Source: Rhodothermales bacterium (GTDB taxonomy: Bacteria; Bacteroidota; Rhodothermia; Rhodothermales; Bin80). Taken from it: a stretch of 64,000 bases of DNA. This document shows positions 18,023 to 29,400 of this stretch, in pieces. The position numbers and the translations under genes were made by a program. Position 1 is the first letter of the stretch. The number at the start of each line of letters is the position of its first letter. Location: positions 3,215,559 through 3,279,558 of the forward strand of contig CBDHCQ010000004.1 in assembly GCA_965261255.1 (NCBI GenBank). The letters run 5' to 3'. A model generated the notes under the pieces. That model searched no databases. It was not told the DNA's origin and was given only the letters and a program-made list of their open reading frames with translations.

Positions 18023-18642
18023 CTGGATGAAACCACCGAATTATTTGCTTCTCCCGTGAAAACAATACGTCCCTGAATATACCACCGCATACACAGGGGC
18101 ATGGTAAGTGATCTTTCTTGTAACCATTTTACCAACAACATCAAACACAATCCGACCTTAATCTTTTCCCCTGAGATTTGGCTTTCATATATTATTCCTG
18201 TTCTTGAATCTGCAGTTTCTGGTCGTTTCTGCAAACCAATTCACAGACTTGGGTTCAAACATGAATCAATCCTGCACGTTATCTGTGAACGGGGAACACG
18301 GGAAGTCATCGGTGCCAACCAATACCTCAACCTTGCGTTATCGAGTACTTGAGTCAGCATCAAAGAATTCCGGTACATGGGCTACAGAACCGGATCGTTC
18401 TTCTTGAATTTCCCTATAACCATCTCTGGACGCATGATGGAAACGACCGTACTATCTGCGGCCGGAGGCTAGGCTTTTTGACTGGCTGCCAGTCCCCTTG
18501 TCAACCAATGATCTATGCAGCACATGGCCTCAATCAATGCAAAGTGCCTCCACCCGCTGAAAAGATACGCACTATATGTGCATGGACATGATTCCCGTTT
18601 CCTGGATTGGGCTTTCCACGCTCTTGATTCTATGGTGACCAA

Positions 18643-20925
18643 GTGATTTCTGCTTTCCTGGAACTTGCTTCTGAGCTTCGTAGAGACCTCTTCTCATCGA
18701 AGATGATTCCTGCATTGTCGGCCGGATTAACTTCCGGCTTGGGATTAGTCGTCGCGCAGGTGGCTTTTGGGAGCCTCATCTTCTTTGGTCCTTTGGAAGC
18801 CTACTCTTCCCAGGGCATTGGGCTGATTCTATTTGGGAATTTCGCCGCCTGCTTAGTCATCGCGTTGACCAGCAGCTATCGCGGCACGATTGCCGGGTTG
18901 TCTCCGGCATTGATCGTAATCATGGCTACAATCGCATCTTCAATTGAAACAAGCGAGGAGACGCTGTTTGTTACCGCAGCCGGTGCACTCATCGTAAGCG
19001 CAGTTGCGACAGGGCTTTGCTGCCTCATGATCGGGCACTTTCGTTTGGCAAGGCTGATGCGCTTTATTCCGTATCCAGTCGCCGCGGGATTCCTGTCTGG
19101 TATCGGAGGAGCCGTATGCCTGGCAGGACTATCCCTGATGGGAGCGCAGGGCCAGTGGTGGCCAGATGCCATAGATCTGAATTCTCCCAAATTCTGGATC
19201 TTGATTCCGGGAGTAACTTTTGGGATCCTTCTTTACTACGCGATAAAGCGATGGGGGCATGCCCTGATTTTACCTGTGAGCACCGTCATTTTGGTCGTTG
19301 CGTACCATCTTGTCCTTGGCACTCTTGGCATTACTGGCAGCGAAGCGAGGGGGGTCGACCTATTGCTTACAAGCACAGCGGACGGTAGACTGTGGCCTTC
19401 TATACTTCCGGCCGATATCGTACATGTGGAGTGGGCGGCCATCATCACTCAGATTCCCCATCTCCTTACGCTTGCCTTGATCGCATTTATCTCTATCATC
19501 CTGAATGTCGCAGGGCTTGAGCTCGCGGTAAATCGGGAGATGGACTGGAACAAAGAATTCAAATCTACCGGCTATGCCAGCATTGTTGCAGGAATCGGTG
19601 GAGGAACGGTCGCGACAATCATCTTGTCCGGTTCAATACGCAGTAAGCTTCTCCGAGCCGGGACCCGATTGACCGGTGTGATCGCATCCATCGTGATTGG
19701 AACCGTTCTGATTTTCGGAGACAAAATTCTGGAGATCGTACCGACAGCACTTATTGGGGGAATTTTGATCTTTGCCGGATGGGGCCTTCTGGATCACGGA
19801 CTCATTCAAAATTACAAACGCCTTCCTTTGATCGAATTTGGAGTCATCCTTGCGATCTTTCTCAGCATCATCTTTGTCGGCTTGCTTGAGGGCGTAGGTG
19901 CCGGAATGCTCATTATGCTCGTATTTTTCGCCGTGCGCCTCAGTCGTGTGGATCCGATCGAATCCCAGTTCACTGCACATGAACGCCACAGCAACAAGGC
20001 CCGTACCGTCCCTGAGCGTACGATTCTGCTTCAGGAAGGCGGACGTGTGAAAGTTTTCTGGCTACGCGGTTACATCTTCTTCGGTAGCATCGGCGCCCTG
20101 ATGAATCAACTCAAAGAGGCATTAAAGGAGCGCCCCCAGCCCATCTGCCTTGTGCTGAATTTCTCCGCCGTCTCCGGTTTGGATTTCTCTGCAATCAATG
20201 AGTTATCCCGGTTCCTGCAAACAGCCATCAAGAACGATGTCAAATTCATACTGAGCGGAGTATCCGAACAACTTCACTCAGCCTTGGAGCGTAACCTCGT
20301 CGCATCCACATTTTCCGAACTGATATTTGAGACAAATGAAAATTCTGCCCTCGAACGCTGCGAAGACATAGTCCTTATGGCGTGGAGAAGAAAAGCAGCG
20401 TCTGCTCGTGGGCGGCGTACCGTCCTGCTGGAAGATGCTGCGGACAACCTCGAAAGCTACCTGGAAAGACAGATTCACTTTGAGGCTTTGATGGAACAGC
20501 TTCATGAATGGCTCACACCCTGCAAGTACGCTGCCGGAGATTCTCTGCCCGATGGAGATGAACTACAACTATTGATTTCGGGCCGGGTATCCGCCTATGA
20601 CAACTCCGGCAAACGGCTCCACCAGTTCAGCCCCGGAAGTGCAATCCGATCTGCTGTCGCGCTGGGAAAACAATCCTCTTCAATAATCGCGGATACGGCA
20701 TGCCGCACGATGGTAATGACACCAGATACCCAAAACTGGTTGGAAAAGAACAAAAAGGAAATTACCCTCAAGCTCTATCGATACTTGCTCGCCGGGCATT
20801 TTGAAATCCATACAAGCACTACCTCAGAAACTCCGACTCAAACTCCAACAACGGTGATCAAAACAGCTAAGACTTCGCTCCTGCTCAGTATTGCACCACA
20901 CTGGATACGGCTCCTGACTCACTAA
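18643..20925 (+). CDS. SulP/SLC26-family anion transporter with STAS and a cyclic-nucleotide-binding-like C-terminal region
   Basis: The 760-aa protein has a polytopic N-terminal ~450 aa. A STAS-like block (VFWLRGYIFFGS...LVLNFSAVSGLDFSA) follows. GTG start per the ORF track. Confidence 0.75.
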   Translation: MISAFLELASELRRDLFSSKMIPALSAGLTSGLGLVVAQVAFGSLIFFGPLEAYSSQGIGLILFGNFAACLVIALTSSYRGTIAGLSPALIVIMATIASSIETSEETLFVTAAGALIVSAVATGLCCLMIGHFRLARLMRFIPYPVAAGFLSGIGGAVCLAGLSLMGAQGQWWPDAIDLNSPKFWILIPGVTFGILLYYAIKRWGHALILPVSTVILVVAYHLVLGTLGITGSEARGVDLLLTSTADGRLWPSILPADIVHVEWAAIITQIPHLLTLALIAFISIILNVAGLELAVNREMDWNKEFKSTGYASIVAGIGGGTVATIILSGSIRSKLLRAGTRLTGVIASIVIGTVLIFGDKILEIVPTALIGGILIFAGWGLLDHGLIQNYKRLPLIEFGVILAIFLSIIFVGLLEGVGAGMLIMLVFFAVRLSRVDPIESQFTAHERHSNKARTVPERTILLQEGGRVKVFWLRGYIFFGSIGALMNQLKEALKERPQPICLVLNFSAVSGLDFSAINELSRFLQTAIKNDVKFILSGVSEQLHSALERNLVASTFSELIFETNENSALERCEDIVLMAWRRKAASARGRRTVLLEDAADNLESYLERQIHFEALMEQLHEWLTPCKYAAGDSLPDGDELQLLISGRVSAYDNSGKRLHQFSPGSAIRSAVALGKQSSSIIADTACRTMVMTPDTQNWLEKNKKEITLKLYRYLLAGHFEIHTSTTSETPTQTPTTVIKTAKTSLLLSIAPHWIRLLTH

Positions 20926-21393
20926 CCCCGGAAGCATTTAAGCATGGGGACTAGCGAATGCCCCTCTGGATATTCCGGAAAATGGAATCGTGCCCTCTCC
21001 GCGTAAGAACCTCGGCAGACCTCGGAACGATTGAGTATTGACCTTCCAACAATATGGGAAAGACCGATGCATCCCGCAAAAAGATCGAAATAATACCGGA
21101 GCATTGGCACTGGCACACATGTAAGATCAGAAAGCAGGATCACAGGAAGCCCTGTTGGCAAGCGGCTTCTTTTTGAGCCGGAATTGTCCGGGTGACGCGA
21201 GGTAACAAAGTTGTTTTGAGTTTACCGGGTTTGTGGTAAATCGCTACCAGCCTGTCTTCGTAAAAACTCACGAATCTGTATACTTAGTGATAACCGGTAC
21301 TTGGCCAATTCTTCCGGAGGCAAGTGGAAGCATGCTCATCAGCGTCGAAGATTGTTGCAGAATTAATATATCAGCGATCTGCCGGTTTCAAAC

Positions 21394-22017
21394 ATGAGCG
21401 CAAAGGGATTCCTTACAACGTTTGCGAGGCGAACTGAGCGGGTGACAGATTTCTTTGGGAAACTGACCTGGGTCTGCATCCTGCTCATGGTGATAGCAGG
21501 TGCATACAACGCAGTCATGCGCTCACTATCAGGCTGGGCACACCTTGATCCAGAGAGTGCAGGCACGCTTCAGAGGGCTCTGCACTGGGTCGGTGAAGTG
21601 GCAAGACAGGCAAGCTCCAATACTTTCATTGAGCTCCAATGGTATCTATTTAGTCTGGTTTTCTTGCTCGGAGCAGCTTACGCACTCAAGACCGGGGCAC
21701 ATGTACGGGTTGATATCTTTTATAATCGAATTTCTCCGACCGGCAAGGCTTGGGTAAACATAGCGGGTACGGTAGTCTTTCTCATACCATTTTGCTTACT
21801 CATGATTTCCACTTCCTGGCCGGTGGTCGTGGACTCATGGATCCGGTTGGAGGGATCGCCGGATCCGGGAGGTCTACCACGTTATCCCCTTCTAACTGTT
21901 GTGCCACTGGCATTTATACTGTTGATGATACAGGGATTAGCATCTGCGGCGCGCGAAGCCATAACCATCATTGATCTCGCAAAAGCTCAACGCTTGAACA
22001 GACATGCCCGGACTTGA
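21394..22017 (+). CDS. TRAP transporter small permease (DctQ-like)
   Basis: The 207-aa protein has about four hydrophobic helices. It overlaps the start of the large permease gene by 14 nt. Confidence 0.7.
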   Translation: MSAKGFLTTFARRTERVTDFFGKLTWVCILLMVIAGAYNAVMRSLSGWAHLDPESAGTLQRALHWVGEVARQASSNTFIELQWYLFSLVFLLGAAYALKTGAHVRVDIFYNRISPTGKAWVNIAGTVVFLIPFCLLMISTSWPVVVDSWIRLEGSPDPGGLPRYPLLTVVPLAFILLMIQGLASAAREAITIIDLAKAQRLNRHART

Positions 22018-23353
22018 GTGGTTGGCACCGCTCATGTTTGCGGTTGCCTTACTTCTGATCTTTTCTGGCTATCCCGTAGCCTTTTCCCTTGGAGGTGCTT
22101 CGCTTATATTTGCCGTGATCGGCGTTGCCACGGGTTACTTCGACTGGCATCTAATGCTGGCACTGCCGGATCGCCTGTTCGGCATTATGTCAAATTACAC
22201 GCTTTTGGCAGTCCCCTTTTTCATCTTCATGGGGACTATGCTCGAAAAGAGTAATCTTGCACGGGACTTGCTGCATACGACTGGTCTCCTTTTTGGTCCG
22301 GTACGTGGGGGATTGGCGATCGCTGTCATCCTCGTGGGGGTGCTTCTGGCAGCCGCAACAGGTATTGTAGGGGCAAGTGTAGTAGCCATGGGAATGATTT
22401 CATTGCCAATCATGCTCAAGAACAATTACTCGGAGGAACTCTCCGCAGGTGTGATCACAGCAACTGGAACACTGGGGCAGATCATTCCTCCCAGTGTAGT
22501 TCTTGTAGTACTGGCTGATCAATTGGGAGTATCAGTTGGTGATTTGTTTATCGGCGCGCTGGTCCCGGGGGTTTTGCTTGCACTACTCTACGGATTGTAT
22601 GCCATAGGAACTGCCGTTCTCAAGCCATCCGCTGCGCCCGCGCTACCTCCAGAGGTAAGAAACGCAGAGCGAAAGGGGCTGCTGCGGAAAGTTTTTCTGG
22701 TAATGCTCCCACCATTGTTGCTCATTTTTGTAGTACTCGGCAGCATTTTTGCCGGCATTGCCACACCTACAGAATCCGGGGCCCTGGGAGCTGTTGGCGC
22801 CATTGGTCTGGCAGCATTGAATGGCCGTCTGGACAAAAAAACGCTGCGAGGAACTGTGGAAGAGACTGTGAAACTGACCGCAATGGTGATGATGCTGCTC
22901 ATTGCTTCCACCGCGTTTGCACTTGTATTTCGGGGCCTGGATGGTGGGATCTGGATTGAGGATCTTCTCGTCAATATTCCTGGAGGCGTAATCGGATTCC
23001 TACTGGTTGCTAACCTTGCGATATTTATCCTGGGTTTTTTTATTGATTTCTTTGAAATTGCCTTTATAATTATCCCCCTGATGGTTGCGCCTGCTGCCGA
23101 ACTCCTGAGTCCGATGCTCGGCGTACCTGCGAGCATAGCCTTGATCTGGTTTGGGGTAATGGTAGGGATGAATCTGCAGACATCATTCCTGACGCCTCCG
23201 TTCGGATTTGCTTTATTCTATCTGAGGGGCGTGGCTCCACCGAGCATGCCGACAGCGTCAATCTACCAGGGAGTCATCCCCTTCATAGGAATTCAGGTCA
23301 TAGGCTTGATCCTCCTGATCCTATTCCCTGACCTGGTTCTTTGGGCGCTCTGA
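22004..23353 (+). CDS. TRAP transporter large permease (DctM-like)
   Basis: The 449-aa polytopic protein has a conserved DctM-type N-terminus (LLIFSGYPVAFSLGGASL). Confidence 0.8.
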   Translation: MPGLEWLAPLMFAVALLLIFSGYPVAFSLGGASLIFAVIGVATGYFDWHLMLALPDRLFGIMSNYTLLAVPFFIFMGTMLEKSNLARDLLHTTGLLFGPVRGGLAIAVILVGVLLAAATGIVGASVVAMGMISLPIMLKNNYSEELSAGVITATGTLGQIIPPSVVLVVLADQLGVSVGDLFIGALVPGVLLALLYGLYAIGTAVLKPSAAPALPPEVRNAERKGLLRKVFLVMLPPLLLIFVVLGSIFAGIATPTESGALGAVGAIGLAALNGRLDKKTLRGTVEETVKLTAMVMMLLIASTAFALVFRGLDGGIWIEDLLVNIPGGVIGFLLVANLAIFILGFFIDFFEIAFIIIPLMVAPAAELLSPMLGVPASIALIWFGVMVGMNLQTSFLTPPFGFALFYLRGVAPPSMPTASIYQGVIPFIGIQVIGLILLILFPDLVLWAL

Positions 23354-23358
23354 ATACC

Positions 23359-24474
23359 TTAGGCACCCCCTTGCCTGCGGGCGTGCATGTAAGAATACAT
23401 CGCGTATTCTGCCGTGTGGATCCAGTCATCAGAGTCTTGACGCCATGCGAGAAAAGAATCATGCACGCGAGCAAAGCCAGGATCCGAACGTCCCTCCTGC
23501 AAGAGCTCTTCAGAAGCGGAGTATGCCGCATCCATTACATCCTTCGGAAACACGCGTAGTTCAATGTCGGACTCAAGAATACGTTGAAAGGCAGGCGGGT
23601 TCAAGGCGTCATACCTTGCAAGCATATACTGGTTGGCTTCGGCCATGGCAACCTCCAATGCAGCCTGATACGCTGGCGGAAGTTCCTGCATGGCCTGTTG
23701 ATTGATAAAAAAGGAGAGGTTGGCTCCTGGTTCCCACCAGCCTGGGTAGTAGTAGTAGTTTGCAACCTGATTGAAGCCCAGTTTTTCGTCATCATAGGGT
23801 CCTACCCATTCGGCAGCATCTATTGCTCCACGCTCAAGCGCGGGATAAATTTCTCCACCCGGAATCTGCTGTACGGTTACCCCTAGGCGGTCCATAACCC
23901 GCCCGCCTAGACCAGGAATGCGCATTGAAAGCCCGCGCAGATCCAGCAGGCTGTTGATTTCCCGGTTAAACCATCCACCCATCTGCGCGCCAGTATTGCC
24001 ACCGGGATAGTTGATCACACCATAGTCCGCAAATAATTCCCGCAGGATTGCCAGTCCACCCCCTTCATAAACCCAACTGTTAAATTGGCGAGCATTGAGG
24101 CCAAAAGGAACCGTAGTTTCAAAAACGAAGGCCAGATTTTTACCTATGTAGTAGTAACCCGCCGAGTGTCCAATTTGCACCGTGCCTTTCTGGACCGACT
24201 CAAGTACCTCAAATGCAGGAACTATCTCACCGGCTGGATAAACACGGATGGTGAACCGTCCATTGGTCAGCTGACTGACGCGCTCGCTCATTACCTCCGC
24301 TGCCCCATAAATGGTATCTAGAGAGCGCGCAAAACTGGATGCAAGACGCCATCGCAGCATTGGAGTGTCGGTTTGAACAGCCGGGGCATCGCCGCTCTGG
24401 GGGCCGCAACCGGTGAGAACAGCACCGGCTGCAGTGCCGAGGGCCGCTGATCGGATGAATCGTCTACGTTCCAT
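23359..24474 (-). CDS. TRAP transporter substrate-binding protein (DctP family), Tat/lipoprotein signal
   Basis: Start MERRRFIRSAALGTAAGAVLTGC. Its size and its convergent position next to the dctQM genes fit a DctP-type binding protein. Confidence 0.75.
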   Translation of the reverse strand: MERRRFIRSAALGTAAGAVLTGCGPQSGDAPAVQTDTPMLRWRLASSFARSLDTIYGAAEVMSERVSQLTNGRFTIRVYPAGEIVPAFEVLESVQKGTVQIGHSAGYYYIGKNLAFVFETTVPFGLNARQFNSWVYEGGGLAILRELFADYGVINYPGGNTGAQMGGWFNREINSLLDLRGLSMRIPGLGGRVMDRLGVTVQQIPGGEIYPALERGAIDAAEWVGPYDDEKLGFNQVANYYYYPGWWEPGANLSFFINQQAMQELPPAYQAALEVAMAEANQYMLARYDALNPPAFQRILESDIELRVFPKDVMDAAYSASEELLQEGRSDPGFARVHDSFLAWRQDSDDWIHTAEYAMYSYMHARRQGGA

Positions 24475-24476
24475 GG

Positions 24477-25184
24477 CTATCCTCGTGGTCGGAGTGGTCT
24501 CATTACCACTTCAGAAATCAAATAATTGTCCGATGACTCCAATATATGGATGACTGTCGCTGCAATATCTTCCGGCTGCATAGGGTTTGGCGCACCCGAG
24601 GAACCCGCAACGTGGCTAAATTCGGTAGCGACACTGCCGGGGCAGACACAACTTACTTTGATACCATGGCCGCGCAGTTCTTTCATCGTAGCATCGCTAA
24701 ATCCGCGCAAACCAAATTTCGTCGCATTGTAGGCACTTAGGTTTGCATTACCAACCAAACCCGCAACAGAGGCAATATTGACGATATGTCCGCCGAACCC
24801 AGTTTGCGCATTCTGCGCTTTCATGCGCGGCACCACCATACGCGTACAAAGATATACGCCTGTCAGGTTAGTGTCAATTTGCGCGTCCCAATCTTCTTTG
24901 GTCTGGGCATCAATTGCGGAAAAACGACCGAGGCCCGCGTTATTGATAAGGATATCAATATGATTCAAGCCTGAAAAAGCCGATTCTACTGCCGTTTCGT
25001 CGGTCACATCACATTCTACCGACTTAAACTTCGTTCCCAATTGAGACTCAAGCAACTTCAAGCGGTCTACTCGCCGTGCGAGTCCATAGACCGTGCTTCC
25101 ACGGCGCACCAAATGTCGGGCAAACTCGCTTCCAAGGCCACTGCTTGCACCGGTTACGACCACTATTTTCCCGCGAAGATCCAT
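24477..25184 (-). CDS. SDR-family oxidoreductase
   Basis: TGASSGLG Rossmann motif, NNAG, and the catalytic Y-x3-K (YNATK). Confidence 0.85.
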   Translation of the reverse strand: MDLRGKIVVVTGASSGLGSEFARHLVRRGSTVYGLARRVDRLKLLESQLGTKFKSVECDVTDETAVESAFSGLNHIDILINNAGLGRFSAIDAQTKEDWDAQIDTNLTGVYLCTRMVVPRMKAQNAQTGFGGHIVNIASVAGLVGNANLSAYNATKFGLRGFSDATMKELRGHGIKVSCVCPGSVATEFSHVAGSSGAPNPMQPEDIAATVIHILESSDNYLISEVVMRPLRPRG

Positions 25185-25263
25185 GAGCTATGCTTATTGT
25201 TCAGGAGAAAGTTGAACCCGATGTGTATATACCTGTTCGCCTGATTGGATTGGAGATCAAACA

Positions 25264-26454
25264 ATGAACGCAGATTTTGTCCGACACCTTGCCTGGACCA
25301 GCGACCATCCCCTTGGTTTAGAAATAGAGCGGGCAGAGGGGCCTTTTCTCGTGTTGACCAATGGACGCAAACTGATTGACTTCATCAGCGGGATTGCGGT
25401 TTCGTCGCTGGGACATCGGCATCCGAGAGTCTTGCGTGCGATTCGTGATCAATTAGATCGGCACCTTCATGTGATGGTGTATGGTGAGTTTATCCAGGCT
25501 CCTCAGGTGCGGCTAGCTAAACAGTTGACTGGTGTTCTGCCAGCAGCACTAGATTCTGTGTACTTCACAATGTCAGGTACGGAGGCCAACGAGGGTGCAC
25601 TCAAGCTGGCCAAGAAATACACCGAACGTGGTCGAATGGTGGCTTTTGAGCAATCTTTCCACGGCGATACGCATGGATCCCTGAGCGTTACGGGCAGGCG
25701 TGTTTATCAAGATCCATTTCGTCCTCTGTTACCAGGCGTGACGTTTCTGCCTTTTGGGGACTTTGATGCTTTAGAACACATTGATGACGCGGTTGCATGT
25801 GTGATTGCTGAGCCGATCCAGGGTGAAGGAGGGATGCGCCTGCCCCCGCCCGGCTGGTTCAGGGCTTTGCGTGCGAGATGCACGGCTGTAGGAGCATTAT
25901 TGGTTCTGGATGAAATCCAGACTGGTTTTGGTCGAACGGGACGCCTATTTGCGTTTGAGCATGAAGATATGGTACCGGATATTCTGACCTTAGCCAAAGC
26001 TATGGGGGGCGGTATGCCGCTGGGGGCTTTTGTAGCCAATACAGAAGTGATGCAGTCGCTGCGGCGTGACCCCCCGCTCAGTCACGTGACAACATTTGGT
26101 GGTCATCCGGTTTCATGTGCGGCTGCTTGCGCGACCCTGCAGGTTTTGCAGGATGAGGGACTGGTTGAGCGCTCATTATGGATTGAGGAGCGTGCTCGCG
26201 CAAAGCTTAGGCATATGCTTATCACCGATTTACGCGGTAGAGGCGCAATGCTTGGTATGGATTTGATGAACACTCGGGTTGCGAAGCAGGTAGTGGAGCA
26301 ATGCCTGCTGCGAAGGGTTCTTCTGGGCTGGACGCTTCATTCGGGAACGGTTATCCGGATCGCTCCTCCGCTAAATATTCCCGAAGACACTTTGAATGAA
26401 GCACTGGAAATCATCACTGAGGTGCTTGACGTTGTTCACGCAAAAGACGCCTAG
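25264..26454 (+). CDS. Class-III (acetylornithine/GABA-type) PLP aminotransferase
   Basis: Motifs GSEANEGALKLA, LVLDEIQTGFGRTG and the PLP-lysine context DILTLAKAMGGG. Confidence 0.8.
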   Translation: MNADFVRHLAWTSDHPLGLEIERAEGPFLVLTNGRKLIDFISGIAVSSLGHRHPRVLRAIRDQLDRHLHVMVYGEFIQAPQVRLAKQLTGVLPAALDSVYFTMSGTEANEGALKLAKKYTERGRMVAFEQSFHGDTHGSLSVTGRRVYQDPFRPLLPGVTFLPFGDFDALEHIDDAVACVIAEPIQGEGGMRLPPPGWFRALRARCTAVGALLVLDEIQTGFGRTGRLFAFEHEDMVPDILTLAKAMGGGMPLGAFVANTEVMQSLRRDPPLSHVTTFGGHPVSCAAACATLQVLQDEGLVERSLWIEERARAKLRHMLITDLRGRGAMLGMDLMNTRVAKQVVEQCLLRRVLLGWTLHSGTVIRIAPPLNIPEDTLNEALEIITEVLDVVHAKDA

Positions 26455-27848
26455 GGACTCAGATACGGTTGAACGCTTCGAACAAAGTCTGCGTAGGCCT
26501 CCTCCAGTTCGCGACGTGGCGCAAAAGTTTTGCTTTGATGCGTCATCCGCTGAATAGCCTCTGGCAAGGTTGAATGGCGGATACCGGCAGCAGCCAGGAT
26601 AGCTGCACCGAACGCCGCTTCCGTGCACGCGGGGCGATGGTAAACCCGTTGACAGAGATCTGCACGCAATTGCATCCAAATATCACTATAACTGCCACCA
26701 CCCGTGCTGTATACTTCTCCCTGACCTGGTGGCACACCCAACGCTTCGTCAAGTAGTGTGTATGCCATACGTTCCAGGCACGCTGTTCCCTGTAGGCATG
26801 CCGCGAACTTGCGTGCATCACTTAGACCGGGAGGCAAAATCGCACGTGCACTGCTGTTTGCGAACGGGAATCGTTCGCCCTCGAGTGTAAGTGGATACAC
26901 TGCGTCCTTGGAAGGGAGATCCCGAACTGCCTCGGCATCCATTTGTGGAAGGTCTGCGTCAGGAAACCAAGCCTTGATCCACGAAGCTCCCGTGTTGCTT
27001 GCTGCACCTGGTAGCCAATAACCGCCAGGTAGCTTGTGGGAGTACAAAAGAGGATGTGATGAGCGGTGTTCAGATAAGGACTTAAAAACCAGGGTCGATC
27101 CGAGTGAAGTACTGTAATCACCGGGTCGGTGCAGACCTGAGGCAATACAACTGGCAACTCCATCCGTGACACCCGCCACAAGGGGTAACCCCTCGGGTAA
27201 TTGTGTTTGCTCGCTGGCTTTTCTGCATAATTCCCCCAGGATCGTACCTGGCTCAACAACAGCTGGCAACTGTGCACATATCGCCGGATCTATCCACGTG
27301 TAGTATTGGCTTTTTTCCAGGTCGTAGCCAAATTTAAGTGCATTGCTGTAGTCGGTAGGCACTACATTGCCAACCAGTTGTCGGCAGATCCAAGTAGCTT
27401 GGGGCAGCAGCTGCGACGGCACGGGCTGAGAGCTATCATTCTTTAACCGGTAAGAAGTGCCTAGGGCAGACAACGACAATGCTGCTGTGCTGTGTGTTCT
27501 TGAAAGCTCGGTCAAAAACTCTCGCCCAGAGGTGTCATCGTACATGATTGCAGGACCTGTGCATTGTCCATCACGATCAGTAGGCACCACCGTACCCGAG
27601 GTTCCGTCTATTGCTACGCCACGAAGCTGCCTTGGTGAAGCACCGCGCTGCTTTAGCTGCGATATACAGGCGCTAACTGCGCTGCAGACCGCCTGCCACC
27701 ACTCTACTGGATTTTGTCTGTGTAGCCCATCACGTCGCTCTCCCTGGATTGAGCAGCTTGCTTTTGCGTGGATTTGTCCGATTTCGTCTACAACCAATGT
27801 TCGTATACCGGACGTTCCGAGGTCAATGCCAACAAACAGGTGTTCCAT
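26451..27848 (-). CDS. FGGY-family carbohydrate kinase
   Basis: N-terminal FVGIDLGTSGIRT, C-terminal GGGS block, 465 aa. Confidence 0.75.
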   Translation of the reverse strand: MEHLFVGIDLGTSGIRTLVVDEIGQIHAKASCSIQGERRDGLHRQNPVEWWQAVCSAVSACISQLKQRGASPRQLRGVAIDGTSGTVVPTDRDGQCTGPAIMYDDTSGREFLTELSRTHSTAALSLSALGTSYRLKNDSSQPVPSQLLPQATWICRQLVGNVVPTDYSNALKFGYDLEKSQYYTWIDPAICAQLPAVVEPGTILGELCRKASEQTQLPEGLPLVAGVTDGVASCIASGLHRPGDYSTSLGSTLVFKSLSEHRSSHPLLYSHKLPGGYWLPGAASNTGASWIKAWFPDADLPQMDAEAVRDLPSKDAVYPLTLEGERFPFANSSARAILPPGLSDARKFAACLQGTACLERMAYTLLDEALGVPPGQGEVYSTGGGSYSDIWMQLRADLCQRVYHRPACTEAAFGAAILAAAGIRHSTLPEAIQRMTHQSKTFAPRRELEEAYADFVRSVQPYLSP

Positions 27849-28185
27849 GATGGGGAAAGTGAGAATCCGGTTTTTTCCTTAAACCTCTGTCCAGCCAGTG
27901 TTCGAAACTGACCCCTTTTACTAAAATAGCTGCGGCCCAAAAATAATAGCGTCCTATGTGGAGTCCGCAAGATTGAAGCCATCCATGTAAACGTGCATAA
28001 AAGTATGATTGCTCATTCTATTGCTGCAGTCGACACTATCATCTGCATTAATGAGGACTGTTGGTCGATATTAGTCCAGTATGACGACAGCTGGGAACTG
28101 ACCTTATCCTAATCTGCATTGACGGCACACGGGTAATATTGGTAGAGTATCAGGTACGCCGTTCGGATGACAGAGCCCTACATTA

Positions 28186-29400
28186 ATGACAGCATTCATA
28201 AATAACAGCGCCTGCGGCGTTGGGACCCGTGGCATGGAAAAACCAGATGGATTGGCGACGAGTGCTTTGCAGCGCATTGACAGTTGGCAGCCGCTTCAAT
28301 CCTTTTGGTCAGTCTTCGTACTCGTGTTTATCGTCCCCCTTGCGGCATCATGCCAGAGAGGGCCCGATCTCGTAAGAATTATTGATTCCGAAGTCATTGA
28401 TTCGTTGCTGGCGGCAGTGCCGCAGTCATTGATCGACACAGATGCCATGGACGCACAGACCTGGTACCTGGACAAAGCAGTGGCCCAGGCGCAGGATTCG
28501 CTTGCACTCGGTCCCTATTTCTATTTCACGATTGCACAGGACAGTTTCTACATTAACGACGTCATTAACAATCACATTTTTGTAGCCGGACTGGATGGTC
28601 CGCTGCAACGGCGCGTGGGTAATAAAGGTGAAGGACCCTTGGAGTTTTCCTACCTGCTTGGCATTCTCTTTAACGGCGATCATTTTTTTGCCGTCGAGCC
28701 GTCCCGAATCCAGTTGTTGTCTAGAGAGCTGTCGTACCTGGCTATTCTGCCAAAGGAAGGAGACCAGGTTCTGGCTACCGGAAGCGGAGACAATCTTGCC
28801 GCTTCGCGTACCCATCTATATGCCCGGTGTACTCGGGGGCACGCGTACCGTATATGTCCGCGCCGCAGCGAAGCTCCGTTTGAGGAGGAAGCACCGTTCT
28901 TGCGTTCACTGGATATTGATAGTATGCAGCCCCCGCTGAATAGCGCGATGCATGTGGCCTCCACTGTAGACGGGCGGTTTGTGTTGGCGGCGTTTGCGGG
29001 CCTGCCGTATCTCTTCGTATTCAATAGAACCCACGAACATGTGCACACGATTCGCTTTTACGGATCAGTCATAGATGAGCATGCCCAAAACTATGCTATA
29101 CGAGAAGGTGGTCCCCCCGGGGCCGGGGTCGGGCTTAAGTCTTTGTGGGGAAGCGTAGCGATTTCTTCGACGGATATGATAATGGCTTCGATTGGCAAGC
29201 GAGTCTATTTTGTTCGCATACTTGAGGGGCAGCGATTCGAGCACGTAGCCACCGTTCAGTTTAGCAAGACATCGTCCGCTGATGGCGACGGGTCGGAGGT
29301 CGAGCTTGCCGCACCTGAGAAGTTGTTCTTGCACAAGGACTACCTGTATATGAGTGCTTTCAGAGTTCCGCACATACTGCGATATCGGGCAGATTTATAG
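28186..29400 (+). CDS. Hypothetical secreted beta-propeller-like protein
   Basis: The 404-aa ORF has a hydrophobic segment ending in a Cys (VLVFIVPLAASC). I recognised no motif and the start codon is uncertain. Confidence 0.45.
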   Translation: MTAFINNSACGVGTRGMEKPDGLATSALQRIDSWQPLQSFWSVFVLVFIVPLAASCQRGPDLVRIIDSEVIDSLLAAVPQSLIDTDAMDAQTWYLDKAVAQAQDSLALGPYFYFTIAQDSFYINDVINNHIFVAGLDGPLQRRVGNKGEGPLEFSYLLGILFNGDHFFAVEPSRIQLLSRELSYLAILPKEGDQVLATGSGDNLAASRTHLYARCTRGHAYRICPRRSEAPFEEEAPFLRSLDIDSMQPPLNSAMHVASTVDGRFVLAAFAGLPYLFVFNRTHEHVHTIRFYGSVIDEHAQNYAIREGGPPGAGVGLKSLWGSVAISSTDMIMASIGKRVYFVRILEGQRFEHVATVQFSKTSSADGDGSEVELAAPEKLFLHKDYLYMSAFRVPHILRYRADL